DNA from: Acidimicrobiales bacterium
GTDB taxonomy: Bacteria; Actinomycetota; Acidimicrobiia; Acidimicrobiales; SZUA-35
DNA: 64,000 nucleotides
Reading direction: 5' to 3'
Assembly (NCBI GenBank): GCA_020628305.1
Contig: JAHDFH010000001.1
Coordinates: 65,306 to 129,305 of the forward strand
The position numbers and the translations under genes are program-made. This document shows, in pieces, positions 36,650-45,385 of the stretch (positions within the stretch are counted from its first letter, which is position 1; each line of letters begins with the position of its first letter). The notes under the pieces were generated by a model. It searched no databases. It saw nothing but the letters and a program-made list of their open reading frames with translations, and was not told the DNA's origin.

Positions 36650-36946
36650 CTACAGCGGCGGATACTGCTTCTTCACCAGCAGCCAACTGAGGTCGTCTTC
36701 GGTTGATGTTCTATTGGGTTTTTCATGACCGCAGCTGGTGCAGCGATGCAGAATGCGAAACTGATCTTTGGCGTCTACCTCGATACGGATCGGTTCCATC
36801 AGTCCCCGACAGCCACTGGAGCGGTCACCTGGTTCAACATCCACATGCAGAGACCAGAGACAACAAGGGCAGTGGTTTGTATAGCCATCGCCAACGACCT
36901 CTGATGCGCAGTTGCCGCACGTGAAGTTCTCTACAACGCGCTTCAC
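36650..36946 (-). CDS. RNHCP-domain zinc-ribbon protein
   Basis: FTCGNC...YTNHCPCCLWSLHVD...CTSCGH. GTG start immediately after the dus stop, with GGAGG upstream. Confidence 0.6.
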   Translation of the reverse strand: MKRVVENFTCGNCASEVVGDGYTNHCPCCLWSLHVDVEPGDRSSGCRGLMEPIRIEVDAKDQFRILHRCTSCGHEKPNRTSTEDDLSWLLVKKQYPPL

Positions 36947-38074
36947 TTAGCCTCCAGAGGCTGATGAATCGCCCTCAGGGTTGGCGATTAGATCATCAAA
37001 TGGGTCAGCAAGCCAGTTATCAGGCAACGCCACTTTCTGTGGGCCTCGGGTATGGCCCCTCATGTTTCGGTAGTTCTCTGCTGGGAGTTCGTGCAGCTCA
37101 AGTGTCCCGAGATGCGTTTCGAGTTCTTCGAGACTCTCGACTTTGCCGAGTCTGCCCCGAATCTCGCCACCAACGGGATAGCCCTTCAAATACCAGGCGG
37201 TGTGTTTGCGGAACTCGCGTATGCCTTTGTAGTCGCCAAACCATTCGATCAACTCCGAAGCGTGACGAACCATTAAGTCTGCTATTTCTAGAGTGTTCGG
37301 CGCTTTCGGTATCTCTTTACCTTTGAAAGCGGCAGCAAGTTGTCCAAACAGCCAGGGACGACCTAAACAACCTCGACCGATAACAACACCATCGCAGCCA
37401 GTTTCTGCCATCATTGCTAGAGCATCATCAACCACCCAGATATCGCCGTTTCCAAGCACTGGGATGGAGGTAACGGTCTCTTTGAGCTTTGCGATTGTGG
37501 ACCAATCAGCGCTTGGAGCGTAAAGTTGCTCAACGGTTCTGCCGTGGAGGGCTACTGCAGCGACACCTGAATCTTCAGCAACTTTGCCTGACTCTAGATA
37601 GGTTTCATGCTGAGCATCTATGCCAACCCGCATCTTTACTGTGACCGGAATTTCGCCGGCTGCTTGTACAGCATTTTCAACAATGCCCTTAAAGAGGTTA
37701 CGTTTGTAGGGGAGAGCACCGCCGCCTCCATTGCGGGTAACTTTGCGGACTGGGCAGCCAAAGTTGAGATCAATATGGTCGACTGCGTTAGTTTCAACCA
37801 ACATCGACACCGCCTTGTAGGCAATCTTGGGATCTACAACTGCTAGTTGAAGACTGCGAGGGCTCTCATCTGGCGCAAAATCAGCTAGGCGAGTGGTCTT
37901 TTCGTTCATCTCAACCAAAGCACGGGCCGAAATCATCTCAGATACATACAAACCAGCGCCGTAAGACCGGCAGATGCGGCGGAACGGCGAATTGGTAACT
38001 CCGGCCATCGGAGCCAACACCACAGGAATATCAACCTCAATAGGTCCAATTTTAAGCAGTGAAGAACGCACCAC
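36947..38074 (-). CDS. dus: tRNA-dihydrouridine synthase
   Basis: LAPMAGVTNSPFRRICR, DLNFGCPVRKV, ALHGRT. Confidence 0.9.
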   Translation of the reverse strand: MVRSSLLKIGPIEVDIPVVLAPMAGVTNSPFRRICRSYGAGLYVSEMISARALVEMNEKTTRLADFAPDESPRSLQLAVVDPKIAYKAVSMLVETNAVDHIDLNFGCPVRKVTRNGGGGALPYKRNLFKGIVENAVQAAGEIPVTVKMRVGIDAQHETYLESGKVAEDSGVAAVALHGRTVEQLYAPSADWSTIAKLKETVTSIPVLGNGDIWVVDDALAMMAETGCDGVVIGRGCLGRPWLFGQLAAAFKGKEIPKAPNTLEIADLMVRHASELIEWFGDYKGIREFRKHTAWYLKGYPVGGEIRGRLGKVESLEELETHLGTLELHELPAENYRNMRGHTRGPQKVALPDNWLADPFDDLIANPEGDSSASGG

Positions 38075-38090
38075 CTAATTGTAAAGGAAT

Positions 38091-38125
38091 ATCTGGACGT
38101 TGGGGACGGTACTAAGTGTCCAGAT
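38091..38125 (+). repeat. G-rich-loop hairpin repeat
   Basis: ATCTGGAC-GTTGGGGACGGTACTAA-GTCCAGAT (8-bp perfect stem) in the divergent dus/ybaK intergenic region. Confidence 0.7.
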
Positions 38126-38168
38126 TTGACTGCCTGTTAACTCATCGCCGAGACGTTAGCATTGCAAG

Positions 38169-38657
38169 ATGAGTGACCAAGTCAGAGAAGAGCTTCAAGC
38201 CAAGCTAGATGAGTTTCAGATTGAAGCAAAGATCATGGATTGTGACCCAGAGTTGGCGGACACAGCCCAGTTCTGCGAGCATTACGGCTTCGAACTAGAT
38301 GATTCAGCCAACACAATACTGGTTGCGTCAAAGACTCAGCCCAAACAGTTTGTTGCGTGCATGGTTCTAGCCACGGACCGGTTGGATGTTAACTCCAAGG
38401 TGAGGAAGAAGATGGAGGTCAGGAAGGTATCTTTTGCCTCAGCAGAAGAGACTAAAGAGCTCACTGGCATGGAAATTGGAGGAGTAACTCCTATCGGGTT
38501 AGATACAAGCTTAAAGCTGTGGATTGATGAGAGAGTTCTCGCCAGAGAGAAGGTTGTAGTCGGCGGGGGAAGCAGAAGTCATAAGGTGATTCTTGCAGCT
38601 AGCGAGCTGCTCAAATTACCAGCCGCTATTGTGGCCGATATTACCAAGGCGACATAG
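38169..38657 (+). CDS. YbaK/aminoacyl-tRNA-editing (deacylase) domain protein
   Basis: About 160 aa with the MEIGGVTPIG motif and a typical YbaK/ProX-like layout. Confidence 0.65.
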   Translation: MSDQVREELQAKLDEFQIEAKIMDCDPELADTAQFCEHYGFELDDSANTILVASKTQPKQFVACMVLATDRLDVNSKVRKKMEVRKVSFASAEETKELTGMEIGGVTPIGLDTSLKLWIDERVLAREKVVVGGGSRSHKVILAASELLKLPAAIVADITKAT

Positions 38658-38734
38658 GGGGCGCTGCGTCCCGTAGCACTAGAGATTCTCCCTCGGCATC
38701 AAGCCTTTGGGGAATGACGTGGTGGTCAGGTGTG
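38655..38734 (+). repeat. bipartite intergenic repeat (A-like + module B), copy 2
   Basis: TAGGGGGCGCTGCGTCCCGTAGCAC followed by TAGAGATTCTCCCTCGGCATCAAGCCTTTGGGGAATGACGTGGTGGTCAGGTGTG. Confidence 0.8.
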
Positions 38735-38777
38735 TTGCGGGAGCTCGAACGCATCCGACTGAGATGGTCAACTCGCG

Positions 38778-39476
38778 TTACAACCCCAGCAAGAACTCAG
38801 CAGTATCACCATCCACATCACCGATACTGGGAGCTTCGGCCAGCGGTCCAACGATCGCTTCTGTAATCTCAAGGGCTGCGACATAGCTGCCAGTCTCTGA
38901 CGCGTGGGAGCCATCGGCGTTATATAGCTCAAGGTCGCTTCCACTAGCTTTCACTGCTGCGAAAGCATCGCCTGCACGGGCGATCTTTCCACCGTTATCA
39001 GAAGCGATTCTCTCATACGATGCAGACACAGCATTTTGCATCGATTCATAAGTAGGGAATCCTTGATCTGGGAAGCCATTCTTCCATCCCCAGGTCTGAT
39101 ACCAAATAACTTGAGCTCCAGCTCGGTCAGCTAAGTGGTCTAACTGCTGAGCCGCAGGGTAAGTATTGACCGAAGCAAATTGAGGGATAGCAGGTGCAAC
39201 CGACTGCTCCTGAAAGATGATTATGTCGTAGGTTCCAGAGTTGATCGTTTCAACAACCTCATCGTTCTCAGCATGTTCATGAAGGTATGTGCCATTTGGA
39301 GCGATCATATGGGTGTCGATAGAAACCCCATTAGCGTCAGCAATCTCTTCAACCATGTCTGGCATGTCGTTGTACCAGGTGTGACTGTTGCCTATAAATA
39401 ACACGTTGTGGTCAGCTTCGCCGCCGCACCCCGCCAGTGCCATCAGAGCTATCAAGCCCAGCAGTAATCGCATCAT
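38778..39476 (-). CDS. SGNH/GDSL-like hydrolase lipoprotein
   Basis: Lipobox LMALAGCG. Block I VLFIGNSHT. C-terminal DGSHAS (Asp/His block). Confidence 0.5.
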   Translation of the reverse strand: MMRLLLGLIALMALAGCGGEADHNVLFIGNSHTWYNDMPDMVEEIADANGVSIDTHMIAPNGTYLHEHAENDEVVETINSGTYDIIIFQEQSVAPAIPQFASVNTYPAAQQLDHLADRAGAQVIWYQTWGWKNGFPDQGFPTYESMQNAVSASYERIASDNGGKIARAGDAFAAVKASGSDLELYNADGSHASETGSYVAALEITEAIVGPLAEAPSIGDVDGDTAEFLLGL

Positions 39477-39507
39477 GTGAGTGTATCGGCAACATATTTA
39501 CTTCTTT

Positions 39508-39539
39508 TAGGACGGTAGGGACGGTCCTATCCGGCTTTT
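39508..39539 (+). repeat. module A repeat, solo copy
   Basis: TAGGACGGTAGGGACGGTCCTATCCGGCTTTT. Contains the hairpin TAGGAC...GTCCTA. Confidence 0.75.
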
Positions 39540-39603
39540 ACCCGCCGATCAGTCTCGTTCCAGCTTTGGCCTGATCGATCAAGATCGACTAGGCTCTGTT
39601 GCA

Positions 39604-40950
39604 ATGCCTTCAACAAGAAAAAAGCCTAGAACTGAGCTGCGAGCATTTGGTTCAAGCAAACGAGAATCGCACGACTCATCCCAGTTCTATGACCGGTTTG
39701 AAGACATTGAGATTATTACCTCCGACGAGGTAAATCGCCCCGAAGAGCTGGTTGAACAGCTAGGGCTTGGCAAGAACTACGTAGGTGACAGTCGCAACCT
39801 GGCTTTCATCCCAGAGAACTCAATTGCATTGGTTGTGACCTCGCCTCCATACTTCGTGGGTAAAGAGTACGAAGAAGGCGGCTCTAAAAGCTATAGCGAG
39901 CACCTTCAGTTGTTGGCCGATGTCTTTAGAGAGTGTTATAGGGTTTTGGAACCGGGCGGTCGCATATGTGTCAACGTTGCTAACCTAGGGCGCAAACCCT
40001 ACCGCAGTCAATCAGCTGATGTTATTCAGATCCTGCAAGACCAGATCGGTTTTTTGCTTCGTGGTGAAATTGTTTGGGAGAAGTCTAAGACTTCATCTGG
40101 GTCTTGTGCCTGGGGTAGTTTCGCAAAAGCAAGCAACCCTGTGCTCCGAGACATGACAGAGAGAGTGATTGTAGCCAGCAAAGGTCAGTTTGATCGCGCC
40201 ATATCAGTATCGGCAAGAGAGAATGAGGGCCTGCCGCATCGCTCAACTCTTACCAACGATGAGTTTATGGATGCAACAACGGATGTTTGGACCATAGCCG
40301 CAGAATCGGCTAGAAGGGTTGGACATCCCGCTCCATTCCCTGAAGCTTTACCGGCCAAGCTCATCAACTTGTACACCTATGAAGACGATCTAGTGTTAGA
40401 TCCTTTCGCCGGGGTTGGTACCACAGTGATCGCAGCAGCCTCTTTGGGTCGTGTCGGGATCGGAATCGATAACGAGCTGAGCTATGTCGAAGCTGCGAAC
40501 CAGCGTCTCGAAGAGTTCGCCCAATCCGACCGTTTGTTTAGAGTCGATCAGAATCAGACTTATACCGAGGCCCTGCAAGCAGGTATGAAGCTTGGAGATT
40601 TAGCCGAGCGCTATTTGACTGATGAAGGTTTCACACTCGACACCTCGGCAAAGTCATGCAGTCATGCGGGTATCAGATTCGACTATCTCGCAACCCAAGA
40701 CGATAGGGCACAGCTTGTGGAAGTGGTTGGTCAGTATCTGTTAAACGGACAAGGCGTAACTGCCACCGATGAAGCTCTCGCAATTGTTGGGCGGGCGGCG
40801 CTTGTATTGGGCGTAACTTCATCACCAGTGCTTGTGTTAACCGCAGCTCTTCCTCCTGCTGGCAGCAAGGCTCGCAAAGTATTGACCTCGGCAGAACAGC
40901 AAGGTCTGATAGAGCTGCGCAAGATTCAGATTTGCTCAGGCGAAGATTAG
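39604..40950 (+). CDS. beta-class DNA methyltransferase (N4-cytosine/N6-adenine family; the SPPY motif favours m4C) with an extra C-terminal domain
   Basis: Motif IV VVTSPPYF precedes motif I LDPFAGVGTT. About 130 aa of unassigned C-terminal sequence. Confidence 0.85.
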   Translation: MPSTRKKPRTELRAFGSSKRESHDSSQFYDRFEDIEIITSDEVNRPEELVEQLGLGKNYVGDSRNLAFIPENSIALVVTSPPYFVGKEYEEGGSKSYSEHLQLLADVFRECYRVLEPGGRICVNVANLGRKPYRSQSADVIQILQDQIGFLLRGEIVWEKSKTSSGSCAWGSFAKASNPVLRDMTERVIVASKGQFDRAISVSARENEGLPHRSTLTNDEFMDATTDVWTIAAESARRVGHPAPFPEALPAKLINLYTYEDDLVLDPFAGVGTTVIAAASLGRVGIGIDNELSYVEAANQRLEEFAQSDRLFRVDQNQTYTEALQAGMKLGDLAERYLTDEGFTLDTSAKSCSHAGIRFDYLATQDDRAQLVEVVGQYLLNGQGVTATDEALAIVGRAALVLGVTSSPVLVLTAALPPAGSKARKVLTSAEQQGLIELRKIQICSGED

Positions 40951-42017
40951 CCTTCGACATAAGAAGTTGGAGAATCAGCTTGAGGTAGAAGAAGTTCTGG
41001 TTCGGCCGTTTCATCGGCAATGTCAAGACTCCAAATGTCCCACTCTGGTTGGAGCTGGGTTTCGGCATCTTCATCAACATGTAGCGCATAGGCAATGGTG
41101 TCATCGTTGAGCCATTCGACTTGGTCATCGACACTACGAGTCTCAGCTAGGCGAGTGGTCTCGTTCGTTTCTAGGTTGAGGGCAACAAGTTCAAAGCCAT
41201 TAGCGGTTGACTCTTTGAACACTAAGGTCTTGCCATCGGGAGATAGCGATGGGCAAGATCCAATCAGATCGGTCAACTCGAGGGTCTTGTCAGCGTAGGA
41301 TCCTTTGACAATTCGGATCTCTTCTTCGTTGCCCCAAGTGACGTAGAAATCGCCATCGTCTCCCCATGTCACGCCCCAGAATTTGCCTTTGATATCAGCC
41401 AGGAGTGCTGCGTCTTCGTCTGAGTAGTCAAAGTCACTAAGTCGAACTCTGTTTAGAGGGTCATCGGTTTCGAATACTTCAATAACAGTCACGAATGAAC
41501 CAAGATCCTGATAACCAGTGCCGCTGGCGAACGAAGTGTAGCTTGCGTACTGCCCGTCGTCGGATATTCGAGCTCGGGAGGGAAGTGTTACACCCCAAGA
41601 CAGAACATCGTTGTTGACGTTCTCCGATACATCATACAAAGTTGCTTGATAGCGCTGCTCTCCAGCCTTCCATAGGCACAGCCCGTAGTTTCCGGAGGCG
41701 TGGTAGCGTTCGCAACGGACGTTTGGAACAAAAGTTCTGGATCCGTCGGAGTTAATGGTGATTACTCGACCGTAGTCATCACCCGGGATGCGGTTAATTG
41801 CCAGCTGGTCGCCATCTTGTAGAACAACGACTTCTTCGGGTTCGGTATCGACTGCTGCTAGCTGGTCTACAAACTCGCCTGCTCTTCGCTCAGCTTCAGC
41901 ATTACGGGTTGATAAATCCTTTGATTGCTGAACGAAAGTGAAACCAACATAGCCAATGGCAACTGTCATGACAAGAGCTGAGATGGTGGCGAGTTTTCTG
42001 TTAGGAGACATCCGCAA
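40947..42017 (-). CDS. membrane-anchored beta-propeller (TolB/WD40-like) protein, hypothetical
   Basis: N-terminal TM helix. Repeated beta-strand pattern including SLSPDGKTLVF. Confidence 0.4.
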   Translation of the reverse strand: MRMSPNRKLATISALVMTVAIGYVGFTFVQQSKDLSTRNAEAERRAGEFVDQLAAVDTEPEEVVVLQDGDQLAINRIPGDDYGRVITINSDGSRTFVPNVRCERYHASGNYGLCLWKAGEQRYQATLYDVSENVNNDVLSWGVTLPSRARISDDGQYASYTSFASGTGYQDLGSFVTVIEVFETDDPLNRVRLSDFDYSDEDAALLADIKGKFWGVTWGDDGDFYVTWGNEEEIRIVKGSYADKTLELTDLIGSCPSLSPDGKTLVFKESTANGFELVALNLETNETTRLAETRSVDDQVEWLNDDTIAYALHVDEDAETQLQPEWDIWSLDIADETAEPELLLPQADSPTSYVEG

Positions 42018-43293
42018 GCTCCTCGGCGCCAGCTCTGTGGGTTAGAAGATTTTTCAAACCTATAGCTCCTACAATAGTCGCAATTACAACTGCTGCAGCG
42101 TACCAACGCAGTACCACTTCAGGGTTCTGCGTTTGGCTCCAGGCAAATCCAAACACAAGCGCCGAAGCGAACTTGGCAAGTGCAATACACATACTGATTG
42201 CTCCGAGCGTTGTTCCTCTGTTGTTTGGTTTCGAAATAGCTGATCCGAGCGCTGCTAGGACTCCATCGGTGCAGGCATAGTAGATGCCCAGAATTCCTAG
42301 CACACAAAGGATGCTAACAGATCCAAGTTGGCTGCCGCTTAGCCATAAATACAGTGGGGCTAAAAGGATCTGGCCAAAAAGAAACACCTTAACGAAACCG
42401 ACTCTGTCTGAGATAATGCCAATCGGAACTGCTGTGAGGACAAACGTTATGGCAGTGCCTGCATAGAGAAGAGGAAACCAGGCTGGATCCATGTCAGCGG
42501 TCTCAAAGATGTACAGATAGATCAATGGGTCACCTATTGTTGTCACTGCTAGAACCCCAGACAGCAAAGCAAGCCGCAGCACTAAGGGTTGGTTAATAGC
42601 CTGCCAAAGAGATACTTGTTCTTCTTCTGTGGACGAGGAGTCTTTTTGTGTGACTTCTTTGGGGTTTTTGACAACAAGAATGAGAATCGAGAAACCAATA
42701 ATTCCGGCCATCGTCGAAACTAAAAATACAGAGTCAAAAGCCTTTGGAGTGAGAGCCAAAATAGCAAACGCTGCGATTGGTCCTAGTAGCGCACCGGTTG
42801 TGTCGAGAGTTCTGTGCACACCAAATGCAGTGGCAAGTTTTGTATCGTCGACGCTACGAGAAATGATTGTGTCGCGGGGAGCTACACGAATTCCTTTGCC
42901 GACTCTATCAAGCAGAAGGAACGGCAGCGCCAGAGTTTGGCCGACAAAGGTCGAAAGGAACAGACCCGCACGGGTGAGAGTTGAAAGCCCATAGCCCCAA
43001 GCTGAGATTTTCTTTGGATCGGCTGATCGGTCAGCTACACGTCCACCAGCAAGCCGGAACGCTGCAGAAGCAGTTTGGTAAAAACCTTCAAAGGCTGCGA
43101 ACCCAAGGATGCCGAAACCTAATGAAGTAGTCAGAAAGAGCGGCAGAACAGCCACCACCATTTCGGAAGAAATATCTGTAAACAGACTGACGAAACCAAA
43201 CGCCAAAACGTTGCGCCCACCAGCTGAACGCAAGAAGCCTGTTTTGGATTCGCCAGCAGCTCCAAGGTTGCTGCGAATGTCAGTCAGATACAT
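42001..43293 (-). CDS. MFS transporter
   Basis: 12 TM helices. LAGGRVADRS loop motif. Confidence 0.8.
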   Translation of the reverse strand: MYLTDIRSNLGAAGESKTGFLRSAGGRNVLAFGFVSLFTDISSEMVVAVLPLFLTTSLGFGILGFAAFEGFYQTASAAFRLAGGRVADRSADPKKISAWGYGLSTLTRAGLFLSTFVGQTLALPFLLLDRVGKGIRVAPRDTIISRSVDDTKLATAFGVHRTLDTTGALLGPIAAFAILALTPKAFDSVFLVSTMAGIIGFSILILVVKNPKEVTQKDSSSTEEEQVSLWQAINQPLVLRLALLSGVLAVTTIGDPLIYLYIFETADMDPAWFPLLYAGTAITFVLTAVPIGIISDRVGFVKVFLFGQILLAPLYLWLSGSQLGSVSILCVLGILGIYYACTDGVLAALGSAISKPNNRGTTLGAISMCIALAKFASALVFGFAWSQTQNPEVVLRWYAAAVVIATIVGAIGLKNLLTHRAGAEELADVS

Positions 43294-43382
43294 CCATGCC
43301 TATCGGCCAAAACAGCTGCTTTTCAACCCAGATGTCTATGTAAGGTCTAGACTGATCGCAGCACAACCAGAGGAGCTCCAGA

Positions 43383-44078
43383 ATGTCTCTAGCATCAGCC
43401 GAAAAAGCGACAGAATCACAATGGCCAAGCGAAATCTCAAACAGGGAGTCTAAGGAGAAGATTGCAGCTTCTCTAGCTGAGAATCTTCAAGACGGCCAGG
43501 TAATCGGCGTGGGGTCTGGAACTACTTCATACCTCACTTTGCTGGCGCTGCAAGAAAGAGCTGAAACTAATGGGTTTGATTTCTCAATAGTAGCAACTTC
43601 GGTTGAGCTGGCTCGCACGGCAATGGCACTTGATGTGACAGTTCTGCAGCTAGGTCAAGTAGAAGTAGCGTGGGGTTTCGACGGAGCGGACGAGGTCTGC
43701 CCAGAAGGTCGCCTTATAAAGGGACGTGGCGGAGCGATGTTTAGAGAAAAGCTACAGATTGCTTCCCAGGCCAAGACATTTATTGTTGCTGATGAATCAA
43801 AAAAGGTGTCGAGGCTAGGGGAGAAGTTTCCAGTGCCTGTCGAAGTGGTGCCTCAAGCGATCGACTTAGTTCGTGACCAGCTGGGTTCATTAGGAGCAAC
43901 CGAAGCCCCAACACGCGCAGCGGGCGGGAAAGACGGGCCGGTCATTACAGAACAAGGAGGAGTGATCTTGGATGTTCGGTTCGACACCGTACCTCACGAA
44001 GCTGAGATTGAAGCTATTCCTGGCGTTTTAGCTTGTGGAGTGTTCGAGCGCTGGCCATACGAACTAGTGATGGTGTAA
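43383..44078 (+). CDS. rpiA: ribose-5-phosphate isomerase A
   Basis: GVGSGTTSY, DGADEV, IKGRGGAMFREK. Confidence 0.85.
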   Translation: MSLASAEKATESQWPSEISNRESKEKIAASLAENLQDGQVIGVGSGTTSYLTLLALQERAETNGFDFSIVATSVELARTAMALDVTVLQLGQVEVAWGFDGADEVCPEGRLIKGRGGAMFREKLQIASQAKTFIVADESKKVSRLGEKFPVPVEVVPQAIDLVRDQLGSLGATEAPTRAAGGKDGPVITEQGGVILDVRFDTVPHEAEIEAIPGVLACGVFERWPYELVMV

Positions 44079-44615
44079 GTGCTTGCTGAAAGCTACGAGA
44101 CCGAACGCCTCACGCTTGCCATTTTGCGGCAACGAAATGTTAATCAAATAGCTGACCTCGTTAAGAAGAATATAGCTCACCTGTCGCCTTGGATGCCCTG
44201 GGCGCATCCGGATGTAGTGGCTGAGACTGACTATGAAGAACTCGTACGGATTTGGGACGCCAAGCTCGAGTCTGGAACGGACCATCATTACGGCATATTT
44301 CTGTCTGCAAGTAGTGAATTAATAGGGGCTATGGGCGTTCATCAACGCGTCGGGCCCAACGCCCTGGAGATTGGCTACTGGATAGATCAAGATTCAGAAG
44401 CTAACGGTTATGTAACTGAAGCTGCCGCCAAGATCACAGAAGAGTGCCTCAAACTAGTGCCCAAGGTGGTAATTAAGCACGAAGCCGAGAACGTTAAAAG
44501 CCGTCGAATTCCCGAAAAGTTGGGTTATGTCGAAGTTGGTGCTGGGACCTGCCATGATGGCCGAGACTCAGTAGATTGGGTCAAGGAGCGAGCCGAGAGA
44601 GCCCCTACTAGCTAG
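44079..44615 (+). CDS. GNAT N-acetyltransferase (RimJ/RimL-like)
   Basis: GTG start abutting the rpiA stop. LEIGYWIDQDSEANGYVTEAA and SRRIPEKLGY. Confidence 0.7.
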   Translation: MLAESYETERLTLAILRQRNVNQIADLVKKNIAHLSPWMPWAHPDVVAETDYEELVRIWDAKLESGTDHHYGIFLSASSELIGAMGVHQRVGPNALEIGYWIDQDSEANGYVTEAAAKITEECLKLVPKVVIKHEAENVKSRRIPEKLGYVEVGAGTCHDGRDSVDWVKERAERAPTS

Positions 44616-44653
44616 AGATCCTCCTTCGGCGTTGAGCCTTGGAGGATGACGGG
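44614..44653 (+). repeat. module B hairpin repeat
   Basis: AGAGATCCTCCTTCGGCGTTGAGCCTTGGAGGATGACGGG. Stem ATCCTCC/GGAGGAT. Confidence 0.8.
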
Positions 44654-44734
44654 CAGGTTTGTTGGTGACCTGTGAGGATGGCGGGACACGTGTTGATCGT
44701 GGTTTGCGCTTGTTGGAGGGTGACGGGCATGTTT

Positions 44735-44788
44735 TGTGTGTGGTTTGCGTCATTCTAAGGCGCCTCGATGGCGCCGAGGAATCTCTAT
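44735..44788 (-). repeat. 54-nt perfect direct repeat, copy 1 (module-B variant in inverse orientation)
   Basis: TGTGTGTGGTTTGCGTCATTCTAAGGCGCCTCGATGGCGCCGAGGAATCTCTAT, identical to 45240-45293. The reverse strand reads GAGATTCCTCGGCGCC...GGCGCCTTAGAATGACG. Confidence 0.9.
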
Positions 44789-45114
44789 TCAACATCGGGA
44801 GGCATAAGATCTTGCCACTCAGGATTGTCCTGTGTTACGAGTTTAATCTTCTTTGAGCGAGAGTAATGTTTGAGTGTTTTTTCAGCAGCTATTGCTTCGG
44901 TCATAGTGGGAAAGTGTTCAGTCCAGACAAGCTTGTAAATGTTGTAGCGAGCTGTGAATCCAGTGTTTTGTTCAGAGCGGTGAGCTTGAATGCGTTGTAC
45001 TAGGTTCGCTGTTACTCCGACGTACAGCACAGAGTTAGCCTTGTTTGTCATTATGTAGGTGCACGGTTGTTTATCCATGTGACTCTTAAGCGCTTGTTGG
45101 ATCGGTTGAGTCAC
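44785..45114 (-). CDS. small stand-alone GIY-YIG nuclease family protein (UPF0213/YhbQ-like)
   Basis: YIMTNKANSVLYVGVTANLVQRIQAHR...YKLVW...AIAAEKTLK. Confidence 0.85.
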   Translation of the reverse strand: MTQPIQQALKSHMDKQPCTYIMTNKANSVLYVGVTANLVQRIQAHRSEQNTGFTARYNIYKLVWTEHFPTMTEAIAAEKTLKHYSRSKKIKLVTQDNPEWQDLMPPDVE

Positions 45115-45143
45115 ATTTTGAGTTCTCTGAGATGAAAGCTAGT

Positions 45144-45184
45144 TAGGGATCCTCCTTCGGCTTCGAGCCTCGGAGGATGACGGG
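45144..45184 (+). repeat. module B hairpin repeat
   Basis: TAGGGATCCTCCTTCGGCTTCGAGCCTCGGAGGATGACGGG. Confidence 0.8.
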
Positions 45185-45239
45185 TTTGGTGTGGGCCATT
45201 TTTGTGGACTTTGTGGGGTGTGATTTTTTGGAGGTTTAG

Positions 45240-45293
45240 TGTGTGTGGTTTGCGTCATTCTAAGGCGCCTCGATGGCGCCGAGGAATCTCTAT
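45240..45293 (-). repeat. 54-nt perfect direct repeat, copy 2
   Basis: Identical to 44735-44788. Confidence 0.9.
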
Positions 45294-45314
45294 CGAACTC
45301 TGGGTTGATGGTGC

Positions 45315-45358
45315 TAGAGGTCCTCTCCCTTGGCGTTGAGTCTGGGAGGATGACGTGG
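45315..45358 (+). repeat. module B hairpin repeat (diverged)
   Basis: TAGAGGTCCTCTCCCTTGGCGTTGAGTCTGGGAGGATGACGTGG. Confidence 0.7.
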
Positions 45359-45385
45359 ACGCGTTAAATAGCTCAGAAGCTTTGC

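Noticed and set aside
39604-40950. The methyltransferase as part of a complete restriction-modification or other defence system.
   Set aside because: No endonuclease, helicase, ATPase or specificity-subunit gene is adjacent. The flanking genes are a lipoprotein hydrolase and a beta-propeller protein.
44614-45358. Possible CRISPR array, given the clustered short repeats.
   Set aside because: The repeats are irregularly spaced, occur in both orientations, have different lengths (40 versus 54 nt), are strongly self-complementary, and enclose a protein gene. No cas genes are present in the window.
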